In this document: one piece after another, positions 42,701-55,864 of the stretch | Position numbering within the stretch: position 1 is the stretch's first letter | Layout: each line of letters opens with the position of its first letter | DNA from: Welwitschia mirabilis | Lineage: Eukaryota | Direction: 5' to 3' | Assembly: GCA_051453625.1 (NCBI GenBank) | Contig: JBOZIK010000001.1 | Span: 48,401,235-48,465,234, forward strand | DNA: 64,000 bases | Notes under the pieces: model-generated | Databases searched by the model: none | What the model was told of the DNA's origin: nothing | What the model saw: the letters and a program-made list of their open reading frames with translations, nothing else | Program-made: the position numbers and the translations under genes

Positions 42701-44959
42701 GATTAATCAAGTGATGTTGTGTGATCATAATGACCACATTGTTTATTAAAATTACTATTTAGAAATTAAGGTAATAGTTTGTTTTAATAATCATAAGTGC
42801 AAGCAAATATCATTAGTAGTCATTTTTCATTCACCAACATTAACAAGCATAGCATAAGAATTTAATATACCATACGATTAAAAATAAAACTCTTAACTAT
42901 TATCAGTTATTAAACTTTATAGTACAAGAACAATAATTATTGTAAAAAAATATATATTTAACCTCATACTTAAAGAAGAAAATAATATCAGCATAGCAAT
43001 TATATTATCATATTTGTACAATAGTATAGCCTTGGATTTCCAATGAAGATTTCTGACTTTAGTACATGAGAGTCAATGCTATCTACATCCCACCTCAACA
43101 CGAGCTAACCTCAAGTCTAAGGGATGTGAATATATAGAGTCATGTATTACAAACAAATAGAAGAGAATATGATAACAAATAAATATGTCATGTATATAAC
43201 TAGTGGTAGTGATCTTAGAGCTACAAAATCATGATGTGATAAAGAGTTCTTATACAACATTAGAATTACAAATAATATCATAAACCTTAATACTAGAAAT
43301 CTCACCACATATAATTATCTCCATTGGTCAGATTTTGCATGTCAAATGGGAGCTTCTCCCAATGAATATATCTTTAAAGGTAAATGGTAGATAGAGAAAC
43401 ATGTTCCTTATGAATATCTTCACCGCATATCATTATCCTTATGAATATCCTCATCATAATTATTATTCAAAGTACACCAAAATTAACAACTCCATTAAGT
43501 ATTCTCTATGTGTTATGGAAGAGCATATTCCCATTAATGAAACTATAGGAGGTAATGGTGAAACACTTGTTTTGATGAGATTCTAGCTATGTATAACATC
43601 TTAATTAATATTATTACTATAACTATGAGATCAAAAGACATTAAATAATATTCCAAAATAACTTAAAATGTAATTAAAGATAGGAAGAAACATTATTTAA
43701 AATTTCTTTTCAATTAATAATCAGGAGTTGCAACTACTGTGTGCATACTAGAAGAGAGTATATTGACTCTAAAAAATATTTAGACTCGATCAAAATCATA
43801 AATGATTTTTTTAAAGGCGTAGAAAATTGTATCCCTAGATCTTTAGTAATAAGAAGTTGAATAATGATGCATAGTCTTTTGTAATATTAATTTGTAACTT
43901 TTTGCATCATGTCCCATTTAGAATCTCCATCCATCCACTTATGGAACTAAACATCAAATAGTCACAATTACAAACTTCTAAAAAGTAATATTATATTTAC
44001 AAATGAGAAATTGTAATATGTTTAGCTTGATATCAATGTTCCACTAAACATAAAAAAATATTATTTTTCACAGTGTAAGAAGGTTACTCAATAAGATAAG
44101 TATTACTTGATATACCTTTATAAATAGTCCTTAAACAATTTTTTGCCCTTTATTTCCTCCCTTAAAACTTTTTCTTTTTCTTGTCTACATAGATGGGGGT
44201 GAGAGAGATATTTATAAGCTCTAGGCAGGGCAGATGTATTAGCCCTTAAAACTTTTACTATGATTAAACTTTGAAAATATTATACCCTTTATAAAGTATC
44301 ACTTTTATATCTCTTATATTTTTACAAGGAAGTTTAAAATTATTAAAACTTTAAGAAAAATATCTTTGACATGCCTTAACTTCTTGAAAAATATATCTTC
44401 ATGCCTTTCTTTTTCTCTTTAAACCTATTTTCTTAAGGGCCTCGTCATATTTTCTTGATATTACATCAATTTGAGCATTTTCATATGGTTTTCTTTCATT
44501 AGATTTTAATAAATATTCTTATATTATTTATCTATATTTAATTTTTTAATGTCATATATTAATTACATAATTAATCTTGATTAATTATTAATTATATATA
44601 AATTATATTTACTAATTGAGATATTAATCATTTACTAATCATATCTACTAGTTGGAATTACATCTTTACATGTTATTTATTTCTTGGTTTTCCTACCCTT
44701 CTTTTAGTTATGTTTATTTAATTATGTTTAGGACATTATGGTATGTCAAGCAAGACATCTAAATATTTAAACCCATGAGCTTCTAGATGAAAGCACATGT
44801 TATTTCTTTCTTGCTTTTCCTTACCCTTTTTTAAATTATATTTAGGATCTCATCATGTGCTAAGGAGGATATCCAATGGCTGTAATCCATGATCTTGTAA
44901 ATGCAAGATGTATGTTTCCTTAGTTAGACTCTAACATGTTTATTATTGTTCTTACTAGG

Positions 44960-45250
44960 TTCTTAGTAAATATTCTTATGAAAAAATGGATTAACTTCTT
45001 TGATATTTTTATAGTTTCACAATCAATCCTGAAAAGGTTTTTCTAGAGTCACTTGGGAAACTTACACTTTAAATAAATATGATGGAGGTCTTAGCCTTAT
45101 TAACAATCATAAATAGGGTATTTCTTTATTCTCTATATGAATGAAGCAATGTTTTCTTAGTAAGGATTCTTTAAGGATTCTCCTTAGAAATAGAAATAAT
45201 CAAGGAAAACATAAAGTCTGGGAAATTGACATGATAATAATATCTTTTAC
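44960..45250 (+). pseudogene. short gypsy RT remnant (Tat/Athila-like)
   Basis: INPEKVF..GKL at about 45022-45063, compare LNPxKCxFGVxxGKLLG. Confidence 0.4.
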
Positions 45251-46289
45251 CGTGTCTTTTTCCTATGGCTATTTCTATTTTAGGCTCTTTGAATTTATAA
45301 CAAATTTCAAAGACTTGGAGTTTTAATAGTAATTTGGAAATAGTAGTGCATTAACATTTTAGAATTAATACTTCAATAATTAAATCATTAGTGGCTTCCA
45401 TTTAATGAACGTGCATAGGCTATTCAATTATCTAGGTTATGTTTACTTAGAACAAATTAACAATTAACATGGTTTCTTATCTTGGCTTGCATGGAAGATG
45501 GTTAACTTGAGGAGCATAACCTATCATTTATGGTCTCAAATAAGTTATAAGAAAGAAATAAAAACAATTTCCAAAAGCTTGTGAAGGAATTGAATAAATT
45601 ATTTGAGATGAATAATAATTTATAAGAAGCACAATTAGATATCTTTTAGACAAGTCAAATACCTATTTTCCACTTTTAGATAAAGATTACCTATGATATT
45701 ATTAACAAAAGTAAACAGATCTCTAAGAATCTAAATAAAACATAAAAACTTCAATTAGCTTATAATTCATGGAAGTAGAGAATTAAAAATATTTAGAAAT
45801 GTTCAACATTCCAAATATTTATATTTTTTTAATGATTTATAACTAACTAATACTTACCCATTAGTATATGTTAATAGCGTTTAGAATTTTCTTTACCTAG
45901 ATGTGTTATTTATGATGTTCAAAATTCTTTTGAGCATATCCTCATTCATTTTAGAGTTGCTCATAATGCATGGAACTAGACTTCTTTCTTTTGTGATAAT
46001 TTCGAGTCAATAATCATACATATTATTTTTGGATATGCTTTCCAACTTTCTAATTCCTTTTTCTTGTCTCAATATTTTTTTTCTTTTTTGAAAGAAACAA
46101 GCATTATATTAAACTAGAAAATTTACATAGGGGGGCAAACATGCCTTGACTTGAGAAGAATAAGAAACCTGATTGGCAGAAAAGAAAACTATCTTACTAT
46201 AATCATAGAAACCTGTTATATACAAGGCAAAATTTGGGGCAAAAGCATCCCTAAGAACTACAAATAAGTAAGAGCTAGTAAAAATTGAA

Positions 46290-47520
46290 ACTGAACTAAG
46301 AATAACTAGAAAAAATAGGGAATAAATATCTCGTAAAATTGGAGAAGACGTTGCCATGATGGTATTCAATCAGAAATCGTCCCATTTCATCTGCAAATAC
46401 CTCAAATGCTTGATTTACTTTCTTAAACTCCTTAGCCCCTATCTAGTTCTTATCTAGATGCAATCTAAGTTCCTTCTTTTGATAACTCAACTTAATGTCT
46501 TGCAGTTGAGATCTGTGTGAGATTCCCAAAGTTAAAAAAGCACATATTTTCAAATCATGGATCATAGCAAGTAAGAATTCTCTTTTCGTGTGGTCCATGT
46601 TAATGTCTTCATAAGGCTCTTGATTTCTCTCTTCTGAGGAGGAACCCGATGGAAATTTGATTCTTGATTTTGATTAGGACTACCTTCTATCTTCTGAGGA
46701 GAGGCCTCTTAGTTGTAACCTTGGGACCATTGCTCTTATTTTTGGGATTTAGTTGGGAATTTTTCTAAACTATCTCTTCTTACTCTCGGGGTGAATTCAC
46801 CTTCTCTATCTAAAATTCTTAGGACGAAGTCATCCATCTTTAAAAGTAGGGACTATCCCTCTTAGGATGAGGGGCTTCATCAGCTATAATCAGTTTCTTC
46901 GATTTTTTCTTAAAGGGGCTCTCTTGTGAGTTACATCACTAGGAGACAAAGGGAAGATCTCTTACCTTGTAGTCCCTTACAGCCTTCCAAAGAGCCATAA
47001 TTAGTCTAGAGTATTTGTTATAAAGCTTAAATGAAGAAGTGAGGGAGGTTAACTTGATGTCATAGGTATAAATATTTGAGGAAGGCAAAATGCAGGATTG
47101 ATAATATTGAGCAATAGCCAAATTGTATGAAATAATGGTCAATCATCTTGGCCTCCAAACCCCATAAGAACAGGAGCACCTTACAACCAATATGGCCACT
47201 AAGCAATTTTGGAACACTGCTCAAGAAGAAATGGGATGCCTTTCCCTGCCCTCTGCTCCTGAGAGGAATTCTTTTCCTTGTCACTGGAATGTCTAAAAGG
47301 TAGAAATGAAGTCTTCTATTATCTCTAAGGGGATTCTTCTAAACATAGTTCTTTACCCTCTCCATCTTCTATAAAATGGGCCAAAATTAGTCTCTGGTTC
47401 TCCTTTCAGCTTATGCAAGAGAGATACCCATCCCAATGCATGCACCTTATCCCAGAGCTCAGGTCATCCTTCGAACAAGCTAGGGTCTATTGGTTCAATA
47501 ATTGGAGTTGCTCCAATAGC
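46290..47520 (-). pseudogene. retroelement accessory (env-like/plant transposon protein) ORF with C-terminal DnaJ J-domain, frameshifted
   Basis: N-terminal IEPIDP...VHALGWVSLLHKLKG...PFYRRW...IPLEIIEDFI; middle WGLEAKMIDHYF...LHFAFLKYL...VNLPHFF; S/R/K/P-rich linker; then FLTLGISHRSQLQDIKLSYQKKELRLHLDKN*IGAKEFKKVNQAFEVFADEMGR at about 46377-46538. Confidence 0.75.
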
Positions 47521-47561
47521 TACCTTGATTTGCAAATGAGACCATTTAATCTTCTTAGCTG

Positions 47562-47570
47562 TATTTATAG
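47562..47570 (-). promoter_or_regulatory. TATA box upstream of the accessory ORF
   Basis: Minus-strand ccctataaatacag lies about 40-50 nt before the coding remnant. Confidence 0.55.
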
Positions 47571-50500
47571 GGAATGGGAGGGGGGGTACTATTGAATATC
47601 ACTTTATTGCATGTACACCAAATCTGTTATAAAGTTAGTTAAATCCCATCTTTTTTACATGTCTCAGATACATTCTAGTCATTATAATAGCTTGACATGA
47701 ATCAATTCAGAGCTCCACCTACATTGATGGAAAAGGTGTTGAGCATCTTCTTGACAAGATTGTCAGATCGTCTCAATCTATGTTTAACTTTTAGTCCTGT
47801 ATAATATTTAAAAGCTTCATTGCATAGTTAATTTTTATCATCTTAAATACAACTTTCACATTCCTAAAATAAATTTGAGATCTTATAAGATGTAGCTTAT
47901 TAAATTCAGACGCAACTTGAAAAACTTTATATAAATGGGGAGTATTTGAAATAGTTACCCAACTCTTTCTTATTGTGGTTTTATTTCTTAGTTTTGTTTT
48001 TGCTCTGTGTTGTTTTCTGTTAAATTATTTTCTTGTGTATTAGTGGATTTGTTCAAATGAAATCCTTTCATTTGTATTGATAATTTTTTCTTTTAACAAA
48101 ATAATTTTTTAAAGTCTTACACATCTTACTAATTATATTTATTAAAATTTTAATTATCTATATACTATTAAAAAATATTTAATACCCAAACCCATAATAT
48201 TTATCACATTAGATAGAATAAGATTACATTTGTAAATACTAAAAATCACACATTATTATATTATATAAAACAAATGTGGTATGTTTTTATAAATTGTTAT
48301 GCATTAACCATTTATTATTTCACTAAAATTATTTAATGACAATAGAAGATTACAATTCATGAATGTGATCTTTACATCAAGTTGATGTATCTTCCATCTT
48401 CTCTAAACTACCTAAGAAACTAGAGTCTAAATAGTCTATTACTTGGTTATGGGAGCAAAGGCTTCTATGTAGCTAATACTTAAATATGTGTAAAACAGTT
48501 TGCTATTAATTTTACCTCGTGTCTACTGAGTATTCCATATAATGTATTTCTAAACATACATTTATTCTTTACCACTTTCTTATTAAGTAGTAAGTCTACC
48601 ACTTTCCATGTATGATTCTCAATAAAACATTTACATTTCATGCACATTATATGTTGTGATACTGGATGTTCATTTGTATACTTGAAATTTGCTAGTTCTA
48701 AACTAAAAGTAAGATTAAATATGAATAGGATGCTCCTCATCATTTCCTTTCCTAATCGATAAAAATTACTCCCACTATGAGTGTTAAATTTATCTGCTTC
48801 ATTTGGTGAGATCTCCTTTAAAAGGTAACATTATTCATGACTTCTAACCAATGATATTATGCACAAGTATGTTCATGATATTACCACTTTTCTAGAGATG
48901 TCTTTAACAAAATTATTTAAGGCAGAATCGATATTAAAATTATATCCTACACCATACTATGTTTTGACTACTAAACTGGTTGTTGGTATATAGAAGCTTG
49001 ATCTCCTTGATGTTATCCTAATCCTTAACACTATCCTTGCCCTTGAGATAATTAGTTAGGCAAATAAGAAAAACAATGGTGAGGAGATTCATAGGCTTGC
49101 TATTGTGACATTACATTGAGAGGGTCACTAACCTCTCTAAATAGTAGAACCCTTATATCACATTTGTTTAATAAGATTTCTTTCTACTTCAGATTATGGA
49201 TACCTACCTTATCACCTACGGTCATGAGCTCTTTCAAAGACTCTAAAACAATGACATCTATAGCAAATATGATTTTTCTCTTCTTTGAAAGTAAAATTTA
49301 TACTCCTTAACATTTGTTCTATGCCCAACAAAAATGCTTGCTTTAGCATGTGGTTCTACTTTATTACAAGGTCATAGAAAAATAAATGCATAACATCAAG
49401 ATACAAACACTCTAAAGTATCAAATACTATCGTCATGATTTGTCCATAGTTGATGCTCATTGTGCTTTGAATATATAAAACATATTTAATAACATGTCTT
49501 GAGCCATCAAAAGTGAATTAGTTTGAAATATAAAAATACCAAGGCAACTAACAATTCTAGTATAGTGTCTTGAGAATGTCATTCTTCAAGGAAATGGGAA
49601 TTGAGCAAACTTTACAATAAAAATTGTACAACAATAGCTAACTAAAAATGATTTAGAATAATAAACTAAAGCTAGCACCATGCATCACAATTATGAGATG
49701 AACTAATAGGAATTATATTAATATTTTAAGCCTACCTATGCTTAAATATAAATAAATAAAATTCTTAATAAGTTCTTGTAAAGATAACTATGTAGCTTAA
49801 TGGATACCTTATAGGAAATAAAAAATCAAATAAATCTTCATTGAAGCTCATATTTGAGATGAAATTGATATCACAATCAATATTGTCAAGTCACTTTAAC
49901 ATTCGTAGTCCTCTCATGGTAGAAAAGAAACTTAATCAGCAAATTAATTACTAAGAACAAGGTTAAGAGCTATGTCTAGACATTATGAAATCATTATGAA
50001 AACTAGAATCATAGCAATAAATCAAATACAATTATAAAAATATAGATATTCTTGGTTATTCAAAAGTTGCAATAACAATACTACTTAAAAATTAACTCTA
50101 TTAAGCTAATTATATAGCTTGATAATGGACTAAGTCCTAAAAGACTATTTAGAACTCCATGGCTTACAAGAAGTGAATGAATTACAATGAATGCAAATTT
50201 TGATTTAATATAGTATATCAAAAGGAGTAAAGATGACTTAAGAATATGATACATTTGAGGTAAATTCATTAGTTAGAAATGATTTTAATATTAAGAAGAC
50301 CAATTCAATTTAGTTAGATTACATCTTGATGATTACAAGATTAAGATTTTATTAAGGAGGAGTTTTCTAAAGTAGATAATCAAATCTCATTAATTAAATA
50401 TTAGCAAATTCAAAATATGTAGTCTTTAATAAGTTAATCATTCATGTAAAAGTTTAGATAAGGAAAAGTCCTAAGTGGTAACAAAGACGAATTGTCTCAC

Positions 50501-52817
50501 TAGGTGTATTAGTAAAGTATTAGATTTTGATAAGTAGCATTTGGGATCTTATTCCTTATGGCTTTATTACCTACAATTTAGTAGTTTTAATATTAGTTTT
50601 AGTATTAGAAACATGAAATTTCTCAAATAAGCATAAACATTAAATTATAATCACAAATAGACATGCTTAAGGGATAGAATACTAAAAATTAAATCAAAAT
50701 CAAGGGTATAATCATGCCTATTTTATCTCTTGTTAGCAAATCAACATGTATTTTTAACTCCTTTGTGATAAAGAATTCAATGTTTGGGCTAACGTATTAA
50801 GGGCCTCTTCCCATAAACGAGTAGGGAGTCCCTTGTAGATAAGTATGACTCTTGCCATGTCTAGAAGCATATGATTTAGTGATTAACTATACAATTCTAC
50901 TATAGTGTATCTAAGATGGTTGTTTGGTGTTTGATTTCATGTTTCTCTAAAAATTCTAATGATCCTTTAGAGATGTATTTTCCTCCATTTTCTATGCATA
51001 ATACTCTTGAATTTGAAATTTGACTTATTTTCGATGAACTTCTTAAATGTCAAAAAAGAATGCAAGGCTTATCACTTAGGTTTGAAGTAAATGATCATCT
51101 CTTTCTTGTGTAGTCATCTCTGAAAGTGACAGAGTAGTGATTCCCTCTAAATACCTCTATAAGTCCACATACATCAGAATGAACTAGCTATAACTTCTTC
51201 TTGAAATTTTGGTAACACTTTTTGAATGGTAATCTTATAGTCTTATTTAAAATATAGGTTTTACATTTTATATTTTTTATTTGTAGATCCTGTAGAGTTC
51301 CTTTATGGTTACAGATCCTCTCTAATGACATGTGATTAAGTCATGCATTCCAAAAGATCCTCTTTAAGCTTTTGTGAATTCTTCATCTAAGAAAACATAG
51401 ATTAGTATATTTCCTCCTCAAACTTTCTTGAGACAACATTTCCCTCTTAATCTATTAGAGCTCGTGCATTTAGCCACATCAACTTATCTTAAAGACTACA
51501 TCATAAGATAGGATACCTTACTCTTCTTGATGTCTACTTTCCCATCTATTCCTATCATTTTAACATCAAATTCCTTCCTCACCAATGTGCTGAGTAATAA
51601 TAGATTTTGCTTTAAACTAGAAATGTACAAGCTTCTTTCAACTAAAGTCCTGTTGCTTCATTTAAAGGTTGAGTTAACATTAATCAAATTCCCCTTATTG
51701 GCTCTATACTCTTGTTTCCATTCACAGTGTACAATAGAAGTAAATGTTCAAATTAAAGAAAATAATCCATTACACATGTCATACATTAAGTGACTCGTGT
51801 CTAATACTAGTAGTTGATGATATTTGGTATTATAGAGTTGACATGATTCATCTCGACTTGTACTTAAGGATTAGATTTAAAAGATCCTAAGAAGTCTCAT
51901 TTACGATACTCATAGGAACATGGGGCTCTTTTCACAATTATTACGAGAATTAAACTCCTTCTTTGTATCTTTCGTCTAATGTGATTAACTTTTTTTTTAA
52001 TTTTTTTCTCTCTCCTTTTTTTTTTAATTTGGGGATCTATCAAATAGACTTCTACACTTTGAAGCTATGTGACCCTTCTTACTACATATGTTTCTTTACC
52101 ACTTACTTTTCTTCTTGTCTTTCTTCAAGCTCTCCTCATAACTTACATTCTTTTAGTACTCTTTATCCTGATTGAATCTTCTATTATTTTTATCTTGACG
52201 AACCCTTTAATTTTTCTTTTTGATATTATTTCTATAGTAATCTTTGTCCCCTTAGCATCAACACTGCACCATGTACCATCATTATACTATGTATTAAGAT
52301 CAACTAGAATTTGCCCTTAGATTCTTAATGTACAAGACCTTTAACATGCTATCTACTATTTATATCATGATAATTTGGTCATAGTTACATATTTCTTAAG
52401 CATTTTTATAAGAAGAACCTAAGCAATACACCATTTATTATACTTTTTTGAGAATCTCTTTGATACCTTATAGCTCAATTATGACTTTTAAGGGTTTTCT
52501 CTTCTCCATTTGAAGATTGTTGATACTATTCAATAGATAAAAGAACTCTATGTTTAACTTTTTACTACATTCTATTTTAAATGTCTTTATAATTTTTTAT
52601 GCATTATCACATTGTTGCACCATCTTATGATGATGTTCATCCATGGTTAAAAGAATAGCAAATGCTAAAATTTCATTACTGACAATCTAATATTGAAATT
52701 CATCTCATTTGAAGGATGTCAACTTGATGAGCTTGGCTCCTATGTGGTTGTTAATCTTTAGCTATTATTTATACATCTATTTAGATTTGACTACTAAGAT
52801 GAATTGATTATCCCATT

Positions 52818-53936
52818 TAGCGGATCTACAAACCCTAGAGGGGGGGTGGTTAAATGGGTTTTGCAAAATAAAATTACCCTTATGAACAGTCACATGAAAA
52901 TAATAATATATATGAAACAGAAACAAGATGATATCAGATGAATTTTAATGAATAAAAGCACAAGAAAATAACTAAAATGAAAATACCCAAGAAGTACGCC
53001 AGACAAACGATTTATAGTGGTTTAAGAAAAACTCCTACTCCACTCTTGGCTCTCAACTTCAACCTTAATTTGATCTAGATCCTTTTTGTTTTCTTTCTAG
53101 GTTTCCAGGTTAACTTCTAACCTTTATAAGTGGACTTTTGAGGCTCAGTTTCAATCTCTATAGAGCAAAGCTTTTGATGAGAATAGTATGCTTGAATGCA
53201 CTAGATTCACCAGATTTGAAGTACAACAAAAATAGAATACACTACTAGAAAAAAAAGTTCACAAGTGCAAGCTCAGACAATGCAATGGATTGTTTTTTGA
53301 CCAATAAATATCAATAGTACAAATGTGCTTTTCTTTTTGAAAATAGTTGGTATCAAATATTTACATTCTTTTGCCTTATATAGGAGACAGAGTTTTACAT
53401 TAAAAAATAAATGTGATACTTCAATAGCTATGTATAACAAAGTTAATTGCTAGAAAATGTTCTAAGAAGTTCTATTTCCGCTACAACCAATCGACACCTT
53501 GAAATGTTCAGTTGACCTAATTTGTCGCCATTACTGAAGTCGGTTAACCCCACTTTCTTCCAGTTGATCTGATTATCTTATCTCACATGGTCCAATCGAC
53601 CCCATCCGTCATTTGGTTGACTGCCATTATCCAAGTCTGGTCAACCTCTTATAGAGTCCAATTGACCTCACTTAAGTTTTAATAGTCTTCTTTGTCCAAG
53701 ATCTAGTCAATCCCTCATTAGATCCAATCGACTACTTTTGTCTGGTTCCAATTGATCCCTTATAGAGTCCGATCGAACCCTCATCAATTTCAATAGTTTT
53801 TTGAGTAAGAGTGAGATTTGAGAAAAATATTAATTCACTTCTAACCTACAAAACTTTATTAACCTAAAATGTGTGTAACATATTAATCTATAACAAGTAT
53901 GTTAGTTTGACATCAATTTGACAATATAACTTAACA
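52818..53936 (-). repeat. 3' LTR of element B
   Basis: Colinear with 60561-62191; ends ttaaca next to the PPT. Confidence 0.92.
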
Positions 53937-54385
53937 ATCTTCCCCTTTGACATTGATGGAAAACTACATTTGATTAGACTTAAGATTATTAATTTGATAG
54001 ACACTTTTGTAAAGACGACTCCTAATGATTTCCTATAAAAAATCTTTATATATTACCAAGTAATAAAACATTTATTATTTATTAACATTTGTTACTAATC
54101 ACAAAATCAAGATTAGAGACATTTTGATAATCATTTTGTAAGTAATAGAATATTCATTGCTTTTAATAAAGGTATTACAATTGATCATTACAAAAATAAT
54201 AAAAGTAGTTTCTGATTTAGCAAAACATAAAATAACCATATAATATCAACACGAGATAATACTAGTGTAAGAAGAGATAACAACAATGCACCAAGAGACA
54301 ATAGTAGTGTAATATTTTCTTTCCCTTTTGACATCAATACCTGAGGAGAAAAACAAAGAGATAAGAGAGATAGAGAGATAACAAC

Positions 54386-55441
54386 TCAATCTAACTCCTC
54401 CTCCTCTTTAGATTCTTCTTCAGATTTAAGGTCATCATCATCATCATCATCTTCTTCTTCTTCTACTTTATGCTGAGAACTGTGAGCCTCTTTTGAAGTA
54501 TCTACAATCTCATAACTTGCTGCAATGAAGCCTCTTTCATGTGATGGAGACGAGAATCTAGTCTTTTGTGATAAGAAAGAATTTCATTAAGAGATGCCTT
54601 CTTGAGAGAATGCAATTTTGAGGATTCCTTTATGCTAGAAAAGATATGCATACGAGAGAGAATGGCATGCCCTATTGAAGACATTGGGGTTAAATATTCA
54701 AGCTTTGGATGAAACTAAACTCTAAAGTGCTGAAAACTTTTAGTAATGAGGACAGAATAAGAAAGAGCCCTGGTTTTATAATATACAAGCTAAATGGTTA
54801 TATTCTTTAAGATAGTAAGAGAAGCATCAGTACTATGATGAGTTCCAATGAAATACAAGAGATGATCTTTGTAGTTGGAGGTCTCATCACAATGACCAGT
54901 AAGGGGTAAAATGTTATAAGTAAGACGAGATGCAAAAACCTATATTTTGGAATGAAATAAGATGTAGTAAGTGTGGTCTTCTGGCAAATAAATTTTCCAT
55001 ATATTTCCTTGATAATTTCAACATTGTCCTCCATGGAATCCTCCAAAGGCCAAAACTCCCTGTAGTCCCCCTTGAGGAGATTTATGACTAAAGATATCAA
55101 ATCTAGGGTAATATTCATGCGCCTTCAAACACAAGAGTGGAAAAGGTGGGGGAATCAAAATTATAGGTTTCATTTGCATAAAACATGCATGTAAGGAAAG
55201 GGTATGTTAGATTAGATATATTAAGAAAATAAGATAGATCTAGCTCATTGAGAAGTCTTACCACATCACAAAGCTCTTTGTGTTTCCCAGAAGCAATCGG
55301 GTGCTCTTCATAAACAGGTTTCTTCTCAAAATTCTCTGTGAATCTTTCGATGGCCTCATCCGACATTCTTGAGTAGAAATAAGATGGATCTCTTCTAGCT
55401 AGCATCTTCTGATGTGTTCTTCTAGAGGACTCCTCAACCAT
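54386..55441 (-). pseudogene. Sirevirus env-like ORF (frameshifted)
   Basis: ORFs 55115..55441 (TYPFLTCMFYAN), 54807..55118 and 54502..54684, followed by an acidic D/E tail. Located between pol and the 3' LTR. Confidence 0.8.
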
Positions 55442-55864
55442 TTTATAAGTGTGGCCCTTGCTAAAGACAAAAGAAAATGGAGGAAACTGACAAAGGAATG
55501 AGAGTGACTGATGGAAGACAGGTGGAAATGAGAAAAGTAGGGTTCCAAAATCTTTTATAAGAGGGGCAAAATAAGTTGATTTTGATTAAAAAATTAGGTC
55601 TACCGCCTTTTTCCTGCTTAAAACCCTATAAGTCTAGTCAACTAGATACAGGTCTGATCAACCCGTTGAGGCATGGATCAATTTTTCTTCAAGTCCAATC
55701 AACTGGAACTTCAGCCTAGTCAATCTGACTTGAATCAAATTCACCTATAATAGGTTCGGGTGACTAGGATAAAATCCAGTCAACCCAACTTCTTTAAATC
55801 TAGTTAATAGAATTTAAAAGTTAGTTGACCGTTATGCTTTCAATTGGAGGATAGTAACAGAATC

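Noticed and set aside
46377-46545. A functional host DnaJ gene
   Set aside because: In-frame stop, HPD changed to HLD, no exon structure, and embedded in a TE-like ORF; reported as a pseudogene instead.
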